Position numbers and translations under genes: made by a program | The notes under the pieces: generated by a model | Database searches by the model: none | Seen by the model: only the letters and a program-made list of their open reading frames with translations | What the model was told of the DNA's origin: nothing | Shown: piece by piece, positions 27,130 to 39,000 of the stretch | Position numbering within the stretch: the first letter of the stretch is position 1 | Layout of the letters: every line of letters starts with the position of its first letter | Source of the DNA: a virus | Length of the DNA: 64,000 bases | Virus record (IMG/VR): IMGVR_UViG_3300008267_000054 | Location: 1-64,000 of that record | Reading direction: 5' to 3' (one strand)

Positions 27130-27554
27130 TGCCAACGGATACAAGAATTAACCCACTTGATTTAGCTAAAGACAAAGCTATAGGTATTGATTTACCTATA
27201 TTTGGTGATTATGGTAGTACCATAAAGCTAAATTATACAACACTGGATCAAGCAGCTGCAAATGCTAAAAACCTACTGCTTACAAATCACGGTGAGAGGG
27301 TAATGCTACCGACATTTGGCTGCAATCTTTACAAATCTTTGTTTGAAAACCAAACAACTTTATTAGTAGATAATGTAAAAACAACTATTGAAGATCAATT
27401 TGAGTATTGGTTATCTTACATATTTATAAACAGCCTGGAAGTAACAACAGATCCAGATTATTATAAGTTGTTTGTTAGTATGACAATCAGCTTAAGAAAT
27501 AATCAGTTTGATACAAGGTCCATACAACTTGAAATAACACGTACAGCCATATAA
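27129..27554 (+). CDS. Baseplate wedge gp25-like protein
   Basis: NLLLTNHGERVMLPTFGCNLYKSLFE. Confidence 0.9.
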   Translation: MPTDTRINPLDLAKDKAIGIDLPIFGDYGSTIKLNYTTLDQAAANAKNLLLTNHGERVMLPTFGCNLYKSLFENQTTLLVDNVKTTIEDQFEYWLSYIFINSLEVTTDPDYYKLFVSMTISLRNNQFDTRSIQLEITRTAI

Positions 27555-29446
27555 TGAGTATTGTAACAAAAGATGTAACAAAAGAGGTTAGGTATATTGG
27601 TAGAGACTTTGACCAATTAAAATCCGGTCTCATAGACTTTGCAAAAAAGTACTATCCTAACACCTATAATGACTTTAATGAGGCATCACCTGGAATGATG
27701 TTCATTGAGATGGCTGCATATGTGGGTGATGTTCTTAATTATTACATAGACTCTCAATTAAAAGAGTCTTTAATTTTACATGCTCAAGAAAGAAAAAACT
27801 TATTAGATCTAGCACAGGCGTTTGGATATAAACCAAAAGTATCAGTACCAGCAATTGTTGATATAGATGTATTTCAATATGTACCACCAATTGGCGCTGG
27901 TGTAGATACCGAACCTGATTATGATTACGCACTTAGATTGCAAGCCGGTATGGTTGTTAAAAGTACGTATAACAATACTGAGTTTGTAATTCAAGACGCC
28001 ATTGATTTTTCTGTTGATGATTACAACTCACCGAGAACCGTTACGGTAGCACAAATTAATAGTGCAACCGGTGCAGTGGAGTACTATCTTATAAAAAAGA
28101 CTTACAAAGCAATTTCTGCTACACAAACAACATCAGATTTTACATTTACAACACCTAAGAAGTTTGATAAAATAAAGCTAGAAGCAGAAAATTTAATAGG
28201 AGTTCAGTCGATAGTTGATTCAGATAACAATGTTTGGTATGAAGTTCCATACCTAGCACAAGATACTATATTTCAAAAAGTTGAGAATGTATCTTACAAT
28301 AACCCTGACAACTATGTAACAACCCAAGAAAATCCATATCTACTTAGACTATTAAGAATACCACGTCGCTTTGTTTCAAGAGTAGTAGAGGATGGAATGG
28401 AATTACAATTTGGAGCAGGAATAAGCACGGCACCTGGAGAGGAATTATTACCAACACCAGAGAATATCGCGCTATCCTTACCAACGGGCATTGAAAACAC
28501 AGATATTGACTTTGATACTGTTAGTCCTGTATTCACTTCGGCATATGGTCAAGCACCTGCAAACATAACATTATCGGTAACGTATCTTACTGGTGGTGGT
28601 GTAACATCAAATGTACCATCCAACACTATAATCGACATAGTTGATAGAGTTGTAACAAACACATTACCAAGTGGAACACCAACACTAAATAACGTGGTCA
28701 TAAACTCATTAGCAGTGAATAATCCAATAGCAGCTGCGGGTGGGAGATCACAAGAAACAATTGAAGAGATTAGACAAAATACATTGGCACAATTTATGTC
28801 CCAACAACGTGCCGTAACTAGAGAAGATTATATACTTAGAGCATATGCAATGCCCTCTTCTTTCGGTAGTGTATCCAAAGCTTATATAACACCTGATCAA
28901 CAAGAAAATTTATCAACTGTTGAGGTGAATGATAAGATTAGTAATCCACTTGCAATGAATATGTACATTTTGGGCTATGATGCAGAAAAGCGTCTAACTA
29001 GAGTGAACAATACAATAAAGGAAAATTTAAAAAATTATCTTAGCCAATATAGAATGTTGACTGACAGTATAAACATCAGAGATGCATTCATAATTAACAT
29101 AGGTGTGAATTTATCTATTATAGCTTACCCAGGATATAATGGAAATGAAGTAATCGCCAATGTATTAAAGGGTTTAAAGGAGCATTTTGAAATTGATAGA
29201 TGGCAGATTAATGAGCCTATATTATACAGTGATATATACGCAAAAGTAATGCAAATTAGAGGTGTACAAGCAATAAGTGGTATCAAAATTACAAATCTCT
29301 ATAATGAGGTTTTAGGATACTCTAATGTGATGTATGATATTAAAAATGCAACAAAAAATGGAGTTGTATATCCAAGCTACGATGCTAGTATCTTTGAAGT
29401 AAGATACCCAGACGAAGATATTAAAGTAAGACTCTCAGGATTTTAA
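27554..29446 (+). CDS. Baseplate wedge gp6-like protein
   Basis: RDFDQLK...YNDFNEASPGMMFIEMAAYVGD; AGGRSQETIEEIR...QQRAVTREDY. Confidence 0.9.
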   Translation: MSIVTKDVTKEVRYIGRDFDQLKSGLIDFAKKYYPNTYNDFNEASPGMMFIEMAAYVGDVLNYYIDSQLKESLILHAQERKNLLDLAQAFGYKPKVSVPAIVDIDVFQYVPPIGAGVDTEPDYDYALRLQAGMVVKSTYNNTEFVIQDAIDFSVDDYNSPRTVTVAQINSATGAVEYYLIKKTYKAISATQTTSDFTFTTPKKFDKIKLEAENLIGVQSIVDSDNNVWYEVPYLAQDTIFQKVENVSYNNPDNYVTTQENPYLLRLLRIPRRFVSRVVEDGMELQFGAGISTAPGEELLPTPENIALSLPTGIENTDIDFDTVSPVFTSAYGQAPANITLSVTYLTGGGVTSNVPSNTIIDIVDRVVTNTLPSGTPTLNNVVINSLAVNNPIAAAGGRSQETIEEIRQNTLAQFMSQQRAVTREDYILRAYAMPSSFGSVSKAYITPDQQENLSTVEVNDKISNPLAMNMYILGYDAEKRLTRVNNTIKENLKNYLSQYRMLTDSINIRDAFIINIGVNLSIIAYPGYNGNEVIANVLKGLKEHFEIDRWQINEPILYSDIYAKVMQIRGVQAISGIKITNLYNEVLGYSNVMYDIKNATKNGVVYPSYDASIFEVRYPDEDIKVRLSGF

Positions 29447-29448
29447 TT

Positions 29449-30534
29449 ATGATACATAGCATATTTGGAACATACGACAACACAATGTACGAACAGTTTT
29501 CTGAAAAGAACACTGGACTCGATAGTGTATTAGATTTATCTAAGATCGTACTATCATCAGGAGTATTTAATAACAGAATACTACTATCATTTGATTTAGC
29601 AACTATATCACAATCAGTTGCAAGTGGTCAAATAACTAATCCAAAATACTACCTAAACCTTTACACTGTTGAAGCTCAGGAAGTACCAACTAGTTATAAA
29701 ATCGAAGCTTATCCTATATCCCAGAGTTGGGTATCTGGCATTGGAAAATACAATAATAATCCGGAAACTACTTTTGGATCAAGTTGGACTAATAGATCTA
29801 ACTCAACATTAAGCTCTGTAGAATGGCTAACATCATCATTTGCAGCAAATACTACCGGTAGCACAACATTGGTATCTGGTGGTGGTACTTGGTATACAAA
29901 TTTTACTTGCACTCAAAGCTACGATTACTCATCAACTGATATTAGAATAGATGTTACAAGCATTGTGAGTGCTTGGCTTAATGGTACAATACCAAATAAT
30001 GGATTCTTAATAAAGAAATCACATCAGGATGAAACTAGTACTGATAGATTTACGATATTAAAGTATTTTTCGTGTGATAGCCACACTATATATCAACCCA
30101 AGCTTGAAGTAGCGTGGGAAGATGCTACATTTACAACAGGGTCTTTGACTCAACCAGGAGCAAACAAAGCAATTTTAGTTTATCCAAAAAACTTAAAACC
30201 AACTTATAAAGAAACATCTAAAATTAGATTAGATGTTGGTGTTAGAGAAAAGTATCCACAAATGACCTTTGCTACTCAAAGCAATTATTTAACAGTTAAT
30301 TATCTACCATCTTCCTCTTTTTATTATAGTTTACAACACGCAGATACTCAAGAGACTGTAATACCATTTGATAACACTTACACAAAGGTAAGTTGTGATG
30401 CCAACGGCAATTTTATAAAGCTATGGTTAGATGGATTACACCCAGAAAGATATTATAAACTACTATTCAAAGTAGAGAAGGATGGTACGGAGGAGTATTA
30501 TGACAACAATTACATATTTAAAGTTGTTAAATGA
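29449..30534 (+). CDS. Virion structural protein (DNRLRE-like domain)
   Basis: RILLSFDL, IDVTSIVSAW..G..PNNGFLIK, YQPKLEVAW. Confidence 0.75.
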   Translation: MIHSIFGTYDNTMYEQFSEKNTGLDSVLDLSKIVLSSGVFNNRILLSFDLATISQSVASGQITNPKYYLNLYTVEAQEVPTSYKIEAYPISQSWVSGIGKYNNNPETTFGSSWTNRSNSTLSSVEWLTSSFAANTTGSTTLVSGGGTWYTNFTCTQSYDYSSTDIRIDVTSIVSAWLNGTIPNNGFLIKKSHQDETSTDRFTILKYFSCDSHTIYQPKLEVAWEDATFTTGSLTQPGANKAILVYPKNLKPTYKETSKIRLDVGVREKYPQMTFATQSNYLTVNYLPSSSFYYSLQHADTQETVIPFDNTYTKVSCDANGNFIKLWLDGLHPERYYKLLFKVEKDGTEEYYDNNYIFKVVK

Positions 30535-33500
30535 GAACATTAGATGGAAGACTGCTTGCTGACCTTAATGACAATGTTCCGGCACTACTGACAGGAAGTG
30601 TTGATTCTATCGTAACGTCAAGTATAGACGAGAATACAACAAATTATGCATTACTACCTGAAAGGATTAATGCTGTACCTTTTATATCTACGTCAATATA
30701 CAATAGTAGTACACCACAAATTAAACCAATTCAGTTTAATGATCCAGGCAAGCAAAACCTGTTTATTGATGCTCAAGGTGTAGTAAAAGTTGCTGTTGGT
30801 ACAAATTTTACATTCAGATTAAAAGCACAACAGCCACCAATTTACAATATAGAGAACGGTGTACCTACAGTTTACAGTGATCAAACTAAACTAGTTTACT
30901 TGTGGCAAAAAGACGGTGCAGATATTATACGTAGTGAAGATCTATTAAGACCAAGTAGTTCCGTTAAGGTACAAGGTACTTATGGAGAGGAGTTAACCTT
31001 CACCAACACATCACCAAAATTTGCTGGCACATATGTGTGTATTGTATCCAATGATATCGGATCAACAGAATCAGAACAGATAACCTTAGAAGTTTATAAT
31101 CCAGATATTGAAGATAGCTTCTATAAAAACATTATTACAAATCCATATGGAAAGGATGGTACAGATGGTTGGTCATCACCGGATCAAGAACTAATTGTTG
31201 ATCGACTAAGTAACACTGAATTTAAAAATTTTAGTCAGCCTTGGAATATTGACTTATTTGGATATAGCAAAGACATGCTTTATCCGAGACCATACCATAT
31301 CAACACTTATCATATACGAAATAGTAATTTCACACAAGATCTATTACAAGAGGGTTATTATTTTACAAGAGAGAGGTTCAAGTATAAAGCAAAGGACGGC
31401 AAAGCAATTATTAATGCAGCCTATGATGTTGATTTAGCATCCGTACAAGAATATATACAAGGTTCAATTTATGGTATAGATGGTGTAAGAGCAGTATTTG
31501 GTTGTTATATAGGTAATGCCATTAGTAAGTTTAGAGTGAGTCTTTTGAATGCACTTATTACAAAGAGATCATCTAAATTTGCACTACTACCAAGCAAACC
31601 AAGATTGGATATAATCAACGTATTGTTGGCAGGTGTACCATTAATCAGTGAGCAAATAAAAGTTACCATCACAGAGTATGATAATGAAACACCACTTATA
31701 AGCACAATAAACGGACTAAGCTATCCAGGATATACAATGTATGACCCATGGACAAACGCATTAAGAAGTTCATCAGGATCTTATAACATAGCTGCAAACG
31801 TACAAGGAGCAGTAAACGTACCATCAAGTGGTAATGAAGTTAAGATTGTTAATGCAATACAAACAAATCTACTTTTTCCGAGTATAGATTTTGTACCAAC
31901 ATATGGTCAATATGCTGAGTTTAACAGACTAGTAATAGACAAGTTAAATTTTAGAACAAATAAGATAAGAATTAATTTATGCTTCGAGGCATTTCACGAT
32001 GTATTATCTATAGTATCTAAAGAACACGTTGATAATAGTGACGAGTGTTTTGAGTATGTTCCGTGGGACTGGATTCAGTTACCATTACATTGGCCTTCAA
32101 CAACAACAGATTTTGCAAAAGATCCGGCAACCGGTAATTTTATATCTGTCGATTGGTACAATCAATCTGTATTAAACATACCAAAGGAGGAGCCTTTTAG
32201 ATATGCAACACAATTAGGCCAACCACGAGCAATGACAACCGGTTTTAATTTGGTATTATTTCCATTAGAACCAATATCAGTGAATAAAGCTGATTATTAC
32301 ACAAAAACTGTATTAACACCAATAGATGCGGTACAAGATTATCCACCATTAGAAACTGGTACTACTATAAGTTCTGAATTAGGTGCATACTTAGGATCCA
32401 TATCAGATTATGATTATGAGATAGTTGGCGTTAATATATCTAACCGATATAATCTACCATTTAGTACACCAAACTATACTGAATATACAAAAGCACAGGG
32501 TGGTGTTGCTTCAAGAACAACAATATCAACGTACAAATATAATAAAAATCATACAGAGCAATTTCCCGAGCCATTAAATTTTACATCATCTATATGGCAA
32601 CCGTTCGTTTTGAGTACAAATCAAGATTTCCAAATTGGACAATCATCAACAGCGGATTATGTAGTATTTTATAACTCTTCATCAGGTGACTTATCTGGGG
32701 TAACTTTACCACAAGTAATTGGTAATATAGAATCCAATGTTATTAAGTACACAAACAACTTAGTAACCGATGTACCATTAACATTCAGCACTGCATCAAT
32801 AGTTAAATACCAATATCTAAAGAGAATGGGATTTACACTAAACTTGTATGGAGAGGATTATGGTATACCAACAACTGAATCACTCAACTCACTTACACTG
32901 GTTGATCGAAAAAACTTATTATTAGAAGATTGGCGTACACTAAAAGACACAGCTGGTAACGTAAGTTATTATTATAGGCTACTTGAAAAAATAGATCAAC
33001 CTAACAATTCTACTTCTGGTTTCATACCAAATATGAGATCATCACAGCATATAATATATAATGATATTTTTGCAGCAACGTGGGGAACATCGGCAACCAA
33101 CCAACAATATAATCTAGCAGATAGTAAGTTAAATTTGAGTGACAGTTTCACATTCACTAGTGAATCTATTTATGAGGGTAGGAGGCTATACTCAGGATCC
33201 TCATCAACACAAAATGCCGGCCAGTTCTATGAAATAAGAGCTAAACAGAATGCAGACTTGAAATACGTAGTTGATGGACAATTTACTTGGGTGGTTAATG
33301 TAAATGGTGTAGAGCGAGATTTACGAACAAAAATACAACAAGGGTACACATCAACATACCCAACAACAGCACAAACCGGTGCTGGTGTAAGTACTGGTAC
33401 CGGTATAGATTATATAATATTAGCAGCAGGAAAGAGTTTAGATAGGGTGAAACTGCAATCAGTAGTTATAGATGGATCGGCTAATACACCAAGTGTCATA

Positions 33501-33572
33501 GTAATACCTAGTAAGAGAAAGATATATTATTTTATCTACAAATACACGGATAACGTTTTAAATGAATACTAA
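30531..33572 (+). CDS. Tail/baseplate protein with Ig domain and carbohydrate-binding-like domain (paralog A)
   Basis: YLWQKDG...AGTYVCIVSN; NIITNPYGKDGTDGW. Confidence 0.65.
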   Translation: MRTLDGRLLADLNDNVPALLTGSVDSIVTSSIDENTTNYALLPERINAVPFISTSIYNSSTPQIKPIQFNDPGKQNLFIDAQGVVKVAVGTNFTFRLKAQQPPIYNIENGVPTVYSDQTKLVYLWQKDGADIIRSEDLLRPSSSVKVQGTYGEELTFTNTSPKFAGTYVCIVSNDIGSTESEQITLEVYNPDIEDSFYKNIITNPYGKDGTDGWSSPDQELIVDRLSNTEFKNFSQPWNIDLFGYSKDMLYPRPYHINTYHIRNSNFTQDLLQEGYYFTRERFKYKAKDGKAIINAAYDVDLASVQEYIQGSIYGIDGVRAVFGCYIGNAISKFRVSLLNALITKRSSKFALLPSKPRLDIINVLLAGVPLISEQIKVTITEYDNETPLISTINGLSYPGYTMYDPWTNALRSSSGSYNIAANVQGAVNVPSSGNEVKIVNAIQTNLLFPSIDFVPTYGQYAEFNRLVIDKLNFRTNKIRINLCFEAFHDVLSIVSKEHVDNSDECFEYVPWDWIQLPLHWPSTTTDFAKDPATGNFISVDWYNQSVLNIPKEEPFRYATQLGQPRAMTTGFNLVLFPLEPISVNKADYYTKTVLTPIDAVQDYPPLETGTTISSELGAYLGSISDYDYEIVGVNISNRYNLPFSTPNYTEYTKAQGGVASRTTISTYKYNKNHTEQFPEPLNFTSSIWQPFVLSTNQDFQIGQSSTADYVVFYNSSSGDLSGVTLPQVIGNIESNVIKYTNNLVTDVPLTFSTASIVKYQYLKRMGFTLNLYGEDYGIPTTESLNSLTLVDRKNLLLEDWRTLKDTAGNVSYYYRLLEKIDQPNNSTSGFIPNMRSSQHIIYNDIFAATWGTSATNQQYNLADSKLNLSDSFTFTSESIYEGRRLYSGSSSTQNAGQFYEIRAKQNADLKYVVDGQFTWVVNVNGVERDLRTKIQQGYTSTYPTTAQTGAGVSTGTGIDYIILAAGKSLDRVKLQSVVIDGSANTPSVIVIPSKRKIYYFIYKYTDNVLNEY

Positions 33573-36031
33573 TGTTAACAGGAAGTCTTAGCTTTGTAAG
33601 AGATAAAAGTCAAAATTATAACACTGAGTTTAGGTTGTATCCTAAATCCCAGAGGACACCCTTTTTTGCACAAAGCCCAGTTGAAAAGTTTGAACAATAT
33701 ACCTGGGTTTCTGAGTATGCAAATCCAAATGATTACACATTAAAGAAAATTAGACAATCAGGCAATGTTGTTGGTATGTTAGAGGGAACAGCTTTTAGAA
33801 TTAACATAAAAGCTCTTGACCCAACAAATTTATTTGATGTAACTAACGACAGTAAAATAACATACATTTGGAAAAGAGATGGTGCTGTTTTATACGAATA
33901 TAGTAGTCAAAATAATCTTAGAGGTACAAGTATTTTACAAATTACAAGCGAGTCTTGTACAAGAGACATATCAGGTTTATACGAGTTAGAGGCAACTAAT
34001 AAGTTTGGAACAACTATATCAGAACCAATTACAATAGATGTAATCAATAGAAAATATCATCCATATCTGTATAAAAATCTGCTAATAAATGGATCCGGTG
34101 AGCAGGGAGTTAGTGAGTGGACCACAGATAGTGATGTTACTGTTAATACTTTAGCAAGTAGCAATCGAAATCAGTGGAGTATTCCTCAGCAGTTATATGA
34201 AGTAACATATAATTCACCGTATCCTGAAGATTTTTATTTTTCCTCTTATGGTAATGAGACAACCTTAGCAGAATGGTTTACTAAAACACAAGATGCAAGT
34301 CAATTTAATTTTGCTACAAATCAACTTGGTCAATACAATAAGTGGATAATAAAAAACTTTCATCCATGCTTAGTACCAACAGATGGAGCAATACAAAATG
34401 GTATTAGATTAGGTGGACCACAAGATAGTTTTTATCCGAGCTGGGACTATATTGACAGTTATAACCAAAATGGTTTATTATATAGCTTAGGTAATATAAT
34501 CAACAAAACAAAAACATACATAACTAGAGATAAAATAAAGTTCTCAGTCTTTGGTGGCAAAGCAAAGAGCATAGCATACCAAGATATTTCAGTTAGTGAT
34601 ATATCTGGCATGGTTGATGGTGAGTACTATGGCATAGATAAACTAGTTGCACATTTCTTTGCGTACGTTGGAATTGGTATATCAGGATATAAACTGGAGT
34701 ACGAGGATCCAAATACAGGAACAACTGTTGAAGAGAACACTATACCAGTCAGTTTATACAATTACAAGGTAGGTTCCTTAAATAATAAACCACCTTTTAT
34801 ACCGCTACTACCTAATGCAGCACAATATACAAATGCAGTTGGTAGCTATGATGATGGTAGTCGAGATAAGTTTGCAAAAAAAATAAAAAAAGGAACAAAG
34901 ATTAAATTAACACCGGTTGCATATGATACAACTGAGATTAGATTAGACTTCCTTTCAATTAACAATGAAACAATAAGCACCGAAACAATTCAAGGTCCAA
35001 CAGAAAGAGATATATGGGCTATAAAAGAAAAGTTCTTTATCCCATATTACGTCGGTAATTTGTATGGATGGTGCACAGATGCTTCAGATCAAGAATTCTA
35101 CTTTTATAGCCAATCATTTACATCAATGGATGCAATTAGAGGTTTAGATGATGCATCAAAACCGATTAAAGATGTGCGTGCTGAGTGGGTTCAAAAATAC
35201 CACTATCCATTAGTTGATAGTGAGTGGGAAGTAGCGAGAAGAAACTCTGCATTTAAGTTAATTACAAAGAAGCCTAGTGATCGTGAAGTTAAAGAAGAAG
35301 CAATAGAGAGATATGGATTTAATCGCTCATTCTTAGAACAATATGGCGAAACTAAAATACCATTGTGGTATGTAGACGGAATTGTTGGCTCACGTTACGA
35401 TAGAGGAGCAGCTGCATTCTTTGGCATACAGAAAAATATCGTTGTACCGAGAGGAACAAGAACAATAAGAGTTAATATAATATTTAATCACACATCAGAA
35501 GCTTTGTATGATTCCAATCCAAGAACAAAAAATTGGAGTAAACAAACAATCTATTATGATTATTTTACAAGAGAAGGTGCAAATGATAAATTAATTGAGT
35601 ATGGTAATCCAAGATGCGGAGTAACAGCTACACATCTATCGCTACACCCAGATGTTGTGCAAGTAAGCGAAGATTATAACACATATGAGGTTAATTTAAC
35701 CGGTAGTGTTTGGTATCAAGAATTACAGCGATTAAACAATCCAAATGAGTATAGATCTATAGAGCAAAAATCATATAACCTAAATAACTTAGCATATAAT
35801 TATAGTGTCTCTACAATACCACAAATACAACCTATAAATAACATATTATCACCAATATCAATAGCAGACATAGCAGTGCTTTACGGTCAAACTAATCCAT
35901 ATGCACTTAACACAGGATCTGGAGTAACAATACCTGATACTCAACCTACCCAACCAACGGGTAGTCAGTTCCAAGGTACAGAAGCATCTGGATCTGCTAC
36001 CGGCTCCGCTAGTGAATCTGAGGAAGGTTGA
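33572..36031 (+). CDS. Tail/baseplate protein with Ig domain and carbohydrate-binding-like domain (paralog B)
   Basis: YIWKRDG...SGLYELEATN; NLLINGSGEQGVSEW; VVPRGTRTIRV. Confidence 0.65.
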   Translation: MLTGSLSFVRDKSQNYNTEFRLYPKSQRTPFFAQSPVEKFEQYTWVSEYANPNDYTLKKIRQSGNVVGMLEGTAFRINIKALDPTNLFDVTNDSKITYIWKRDGAVLYEYSSQNNLRGTSILQITSESCTRDISGLYELEATNKFGTTISEPITIDVINRKYHPYLYKNLLINGSGEQGVSEWTTDSDVTVNTLASSNRNQWSIPQQLYEVTYNSPYPEDFYFSSYGNETTLAEWFTKTQDASQFNFATNQLGQYNKWIIKNFHPCLVPTDGAIQNGIRLGGPQDSFYPSWDYIDSYNQNGLLYSLGNIINKTKTYITRDKIKFSVFGGKAKSIAYQDISVSDISGMVDGEYYGIDKLVAHFFAYVGIGISGYKLEYEDPNTGTTVEENTIPVSLYNYKVGSLNNKPPFIPLLPNAAQYTNAVGSYDDGSRDKFAKKIKKGTKIKLTPVAYDTTEIRLDFLSINNETISTETIQGPTERDIWAIKEKFFIPYYVGNLYGWCTDASDQEFYFYSQSFTSMDAIRGLDDASKPIKDVRAEWVQKYHYPLVDSEWEVARRNSAFKLITKKPSDREVKEEAIERYGFNRSFLEQYGETKIPLWYVDGIVGSRYDRGAAAFFGIQKNIVVPRGTRTIRVNIIFNHTSEALYDSNPRTKNWSKQTIYYDYFTREGANDKLIEYGNPRCGVTATHLSLHPDVVQVSEDYNTYEVNLTGSVWYQELQRLNNPNEYRSIEQKSYNLNNLAYNYSVSTIPQIQPINNILSPISIADIAVLYGQTNPYALNTGSGVTIPDTQPTQPTGSQFQGTEASGSATGSASESEEG

Positions 36032-36063
36032 TCATAAATAAAATAGATTGATATTTATATCAA

Positions 36064-39000
36064 ATGCCTACATTATCTAATTTCACATCGACATACGACC
36101 CAGCAAGCAGTGTATCTATATTTGGTACAATGCCACCGCAGCTTGGTGTATACCCAAATGATGCAATACTATTAGATATATACAACTTTACTAATGACTA
36201 TTTAGAAACTGTATATAGAACTAGTACATATAGCAGACAAGATTACACTATTAGTATTGATGTTGAAGCTGCTTTAAGAAATCAAAGTTATCTTTCGGGC
36301 AAGTACAATGTAACTGCAAAGTTTTTAAGAAACTATTTAGGATCTGCTGATGGTGATAAACTTGTTATACAAGAAGTATCATCAGACAGATTAGAGATTA
36401 GAGTAACACCAGTAAAGCTACTAGAAAACATAAATAATAATCTAGAGGATTATTTTGAGTTTGGGTTTTTTCAGATTGATAAAAAAGAAGTATTACCAAA
36501 TTTATATGTTTTCAAAGATAACTTCACCTACTTTAAGGTATTTGATTATGTACAAGATCCTTTTACATTTCCAAATTCACCTTTTAGTATTATATTCAAA
36601 TTAACATCACCACTACCACCAGAACTTCAGGTAGATGATTTAATTTGGATAGCTCAGGAAGTTTCACAGCCAATAAAGGATGGTGTAACAGTAATACCAC
36701 CTGCAAGACAGCTTAATGTTACAACTATTGCAGGTCCAAACTTTGATATAGCAACACAAAACACAACCAATAATGTAACAGATTATAAGGATTGGAGTGA
36801 TATATTATCAACAAATACAGACACATCTTTAAGTGTTATTAACAAGCTATTTAGTGGATCTTTAATTGAAGGTGTAGACCTAAATGTAGATTTTCGTAAA
36901 TTTGAAAACTTTGTTCACTTTGGATCATCAGAAGAGAGATTAAGAAACTTCCAATATAAAATGGAACTTCTAGAATATTATGATTCTAGAATATATACAT
37001 TATCACAGTCTTATGATGGTAGTCCAAATTCAGCACTTACCGGATCAACGGAGTTTGTTGCAAACATACTAAGTGCTAAAACACAAAAGAATGCTTTATT
37101 AGGTGGTTTTGATTCCTATGAAAAATATCTCTATTATGAAAGTTCATCATATGTTACAAACTCATTTGGAGAATTTTATCCAACTACCTGGCCAAAGCAA
37201 AATAGTAGTAAGCCGTATGTAAACTACTCAGTTACATCATCAGAAGCACAATCTTGGTTTACAGGTATTGTATCATCAGCAAGCATGTTTGATCTAAACA
37301 ACATGAACTCGCTTAGAAAAATAGTACCAGAGCACGTTTATGTTGATCCAAGTAATGACCAGTACATATTGTTTATTGATATGATAGGTCACTATTTTGA
37401 TTTAATATACGCTTATGTAAATCAATTAACATACATTAACAAAAGATATGAGTCTTTAACAGAAGGCTTTGCAAAAGACTTAGTATACTCTATTGGACAG
37501 AGTCTAGGTCTAAATGCTGAGAACGGTGCAGTAATGGATGATCTTTGGTCTTATTTCTTAGGAACAACTAGAGATGGAGCACTACAATCACCAACATATG
37601 CATTCTCTGTAGAGGATAGGACAAAGGAGGTTTGGAAAAGAATTATTGCAAATTTACCTTATCTACTAAAAACTAAAGGAACATCTAGAGGTATAAGAGC
37701 TCTTATCAACTGCTATGGAATACCAAGCACAATATTAAGAGTCAGAGAGTTTGGTGGCCCGGAACCAACATATTACTCTGCAACACAAGAAGAGTATGAT
37801 CAGTTTTACTATGGTCTTTATTTAAGTGGCTCCACATCAATTACAGCACCAACTGTATCAGGATTAAAAGCTTTAGAACTTAGATTTAGATTACATAGCT
37901 CATCATTAACATCAAACACAACATTTCAAGTTTTAACTGGTCCAACAACAATATCAGTTAATCCATTTACAGGAACTGTTGTCGCTGGTGGTCAAAACAT
38001 ACTCAATGTACCATTAGCAGAATTAGATACTGATTGGTGGACAGTTTTGGTAAACGATGGTGGTAGATCCTATATTGGCACAAACAAGTATGGCACTGCG
38101 TTAATATACTCTAGTTCAGCAGCTGGTGCTAGTTTAAACAATACCAACTCCACCATACCAGGTGCAACCAATAGACTAAATGGATACGTTAACGAGTATA
38201 GAGTTTGGAATAAGATTTTAGATTTAGAAGTTTATGAAAATCATATTCTTGCACCAACAAGCTTTCAAGGTCCACAAGATGATTTAATTGTTGGTAGTAC
38301 CTCATCATATGATACTTTGAAGGTGAGACACACTTTTGGAGCTGATGGTAAGAAATTTGATGCTAGTGTGACAACTTCCATAGCAAGTTCACATCCAAAC
38401 CAACTAAGTACAGTAGCAAACGCAACACTTACAGGCTTTGGATCAAACACCTCATCCTACTGGATACCACAAACCGAAACACACTACTTAGAGGTAGTTG
38501 ATGGTGGTCCAACTAGAAAAGTTGGTAATAAAATTCGCATTGAAACTACGGTTGTGAGCGCTAGTAATCAAGTGCAAACTAACAGTAGTGTATTAGATTC
38601 ACTACAAGATTTACAACCTACAGACTCACCAAGAGTTGGTGTTTACTTCTCACCAACCGATGAAGTTGATGAAGATATAAATGAACAATTTGGTGGATTG
38701 AACCTAGACGATTATATAGGAGATCCAGAAGATTATTATAGAGATGAATATTCTAGACTAGCTAGAACAAGGCACAATTACTTTAAAAAATACCAAAAAA
38801 GAAACAACACACAGGGATTCATAAGATTAATACAAAACTATGACTCATCACTATTTCAGTTAGTAAAACAGTTTGTACCGGAAAGAGCATTATTGCATAC
38901 CGGTCTTGTTGTTGAGTCACACGTATTACATAGAAACAAAATTGCCAATAAGCAACCAAGCTACGAGAACCTCTATTGGACTGCATCCATAGATCCTGAA

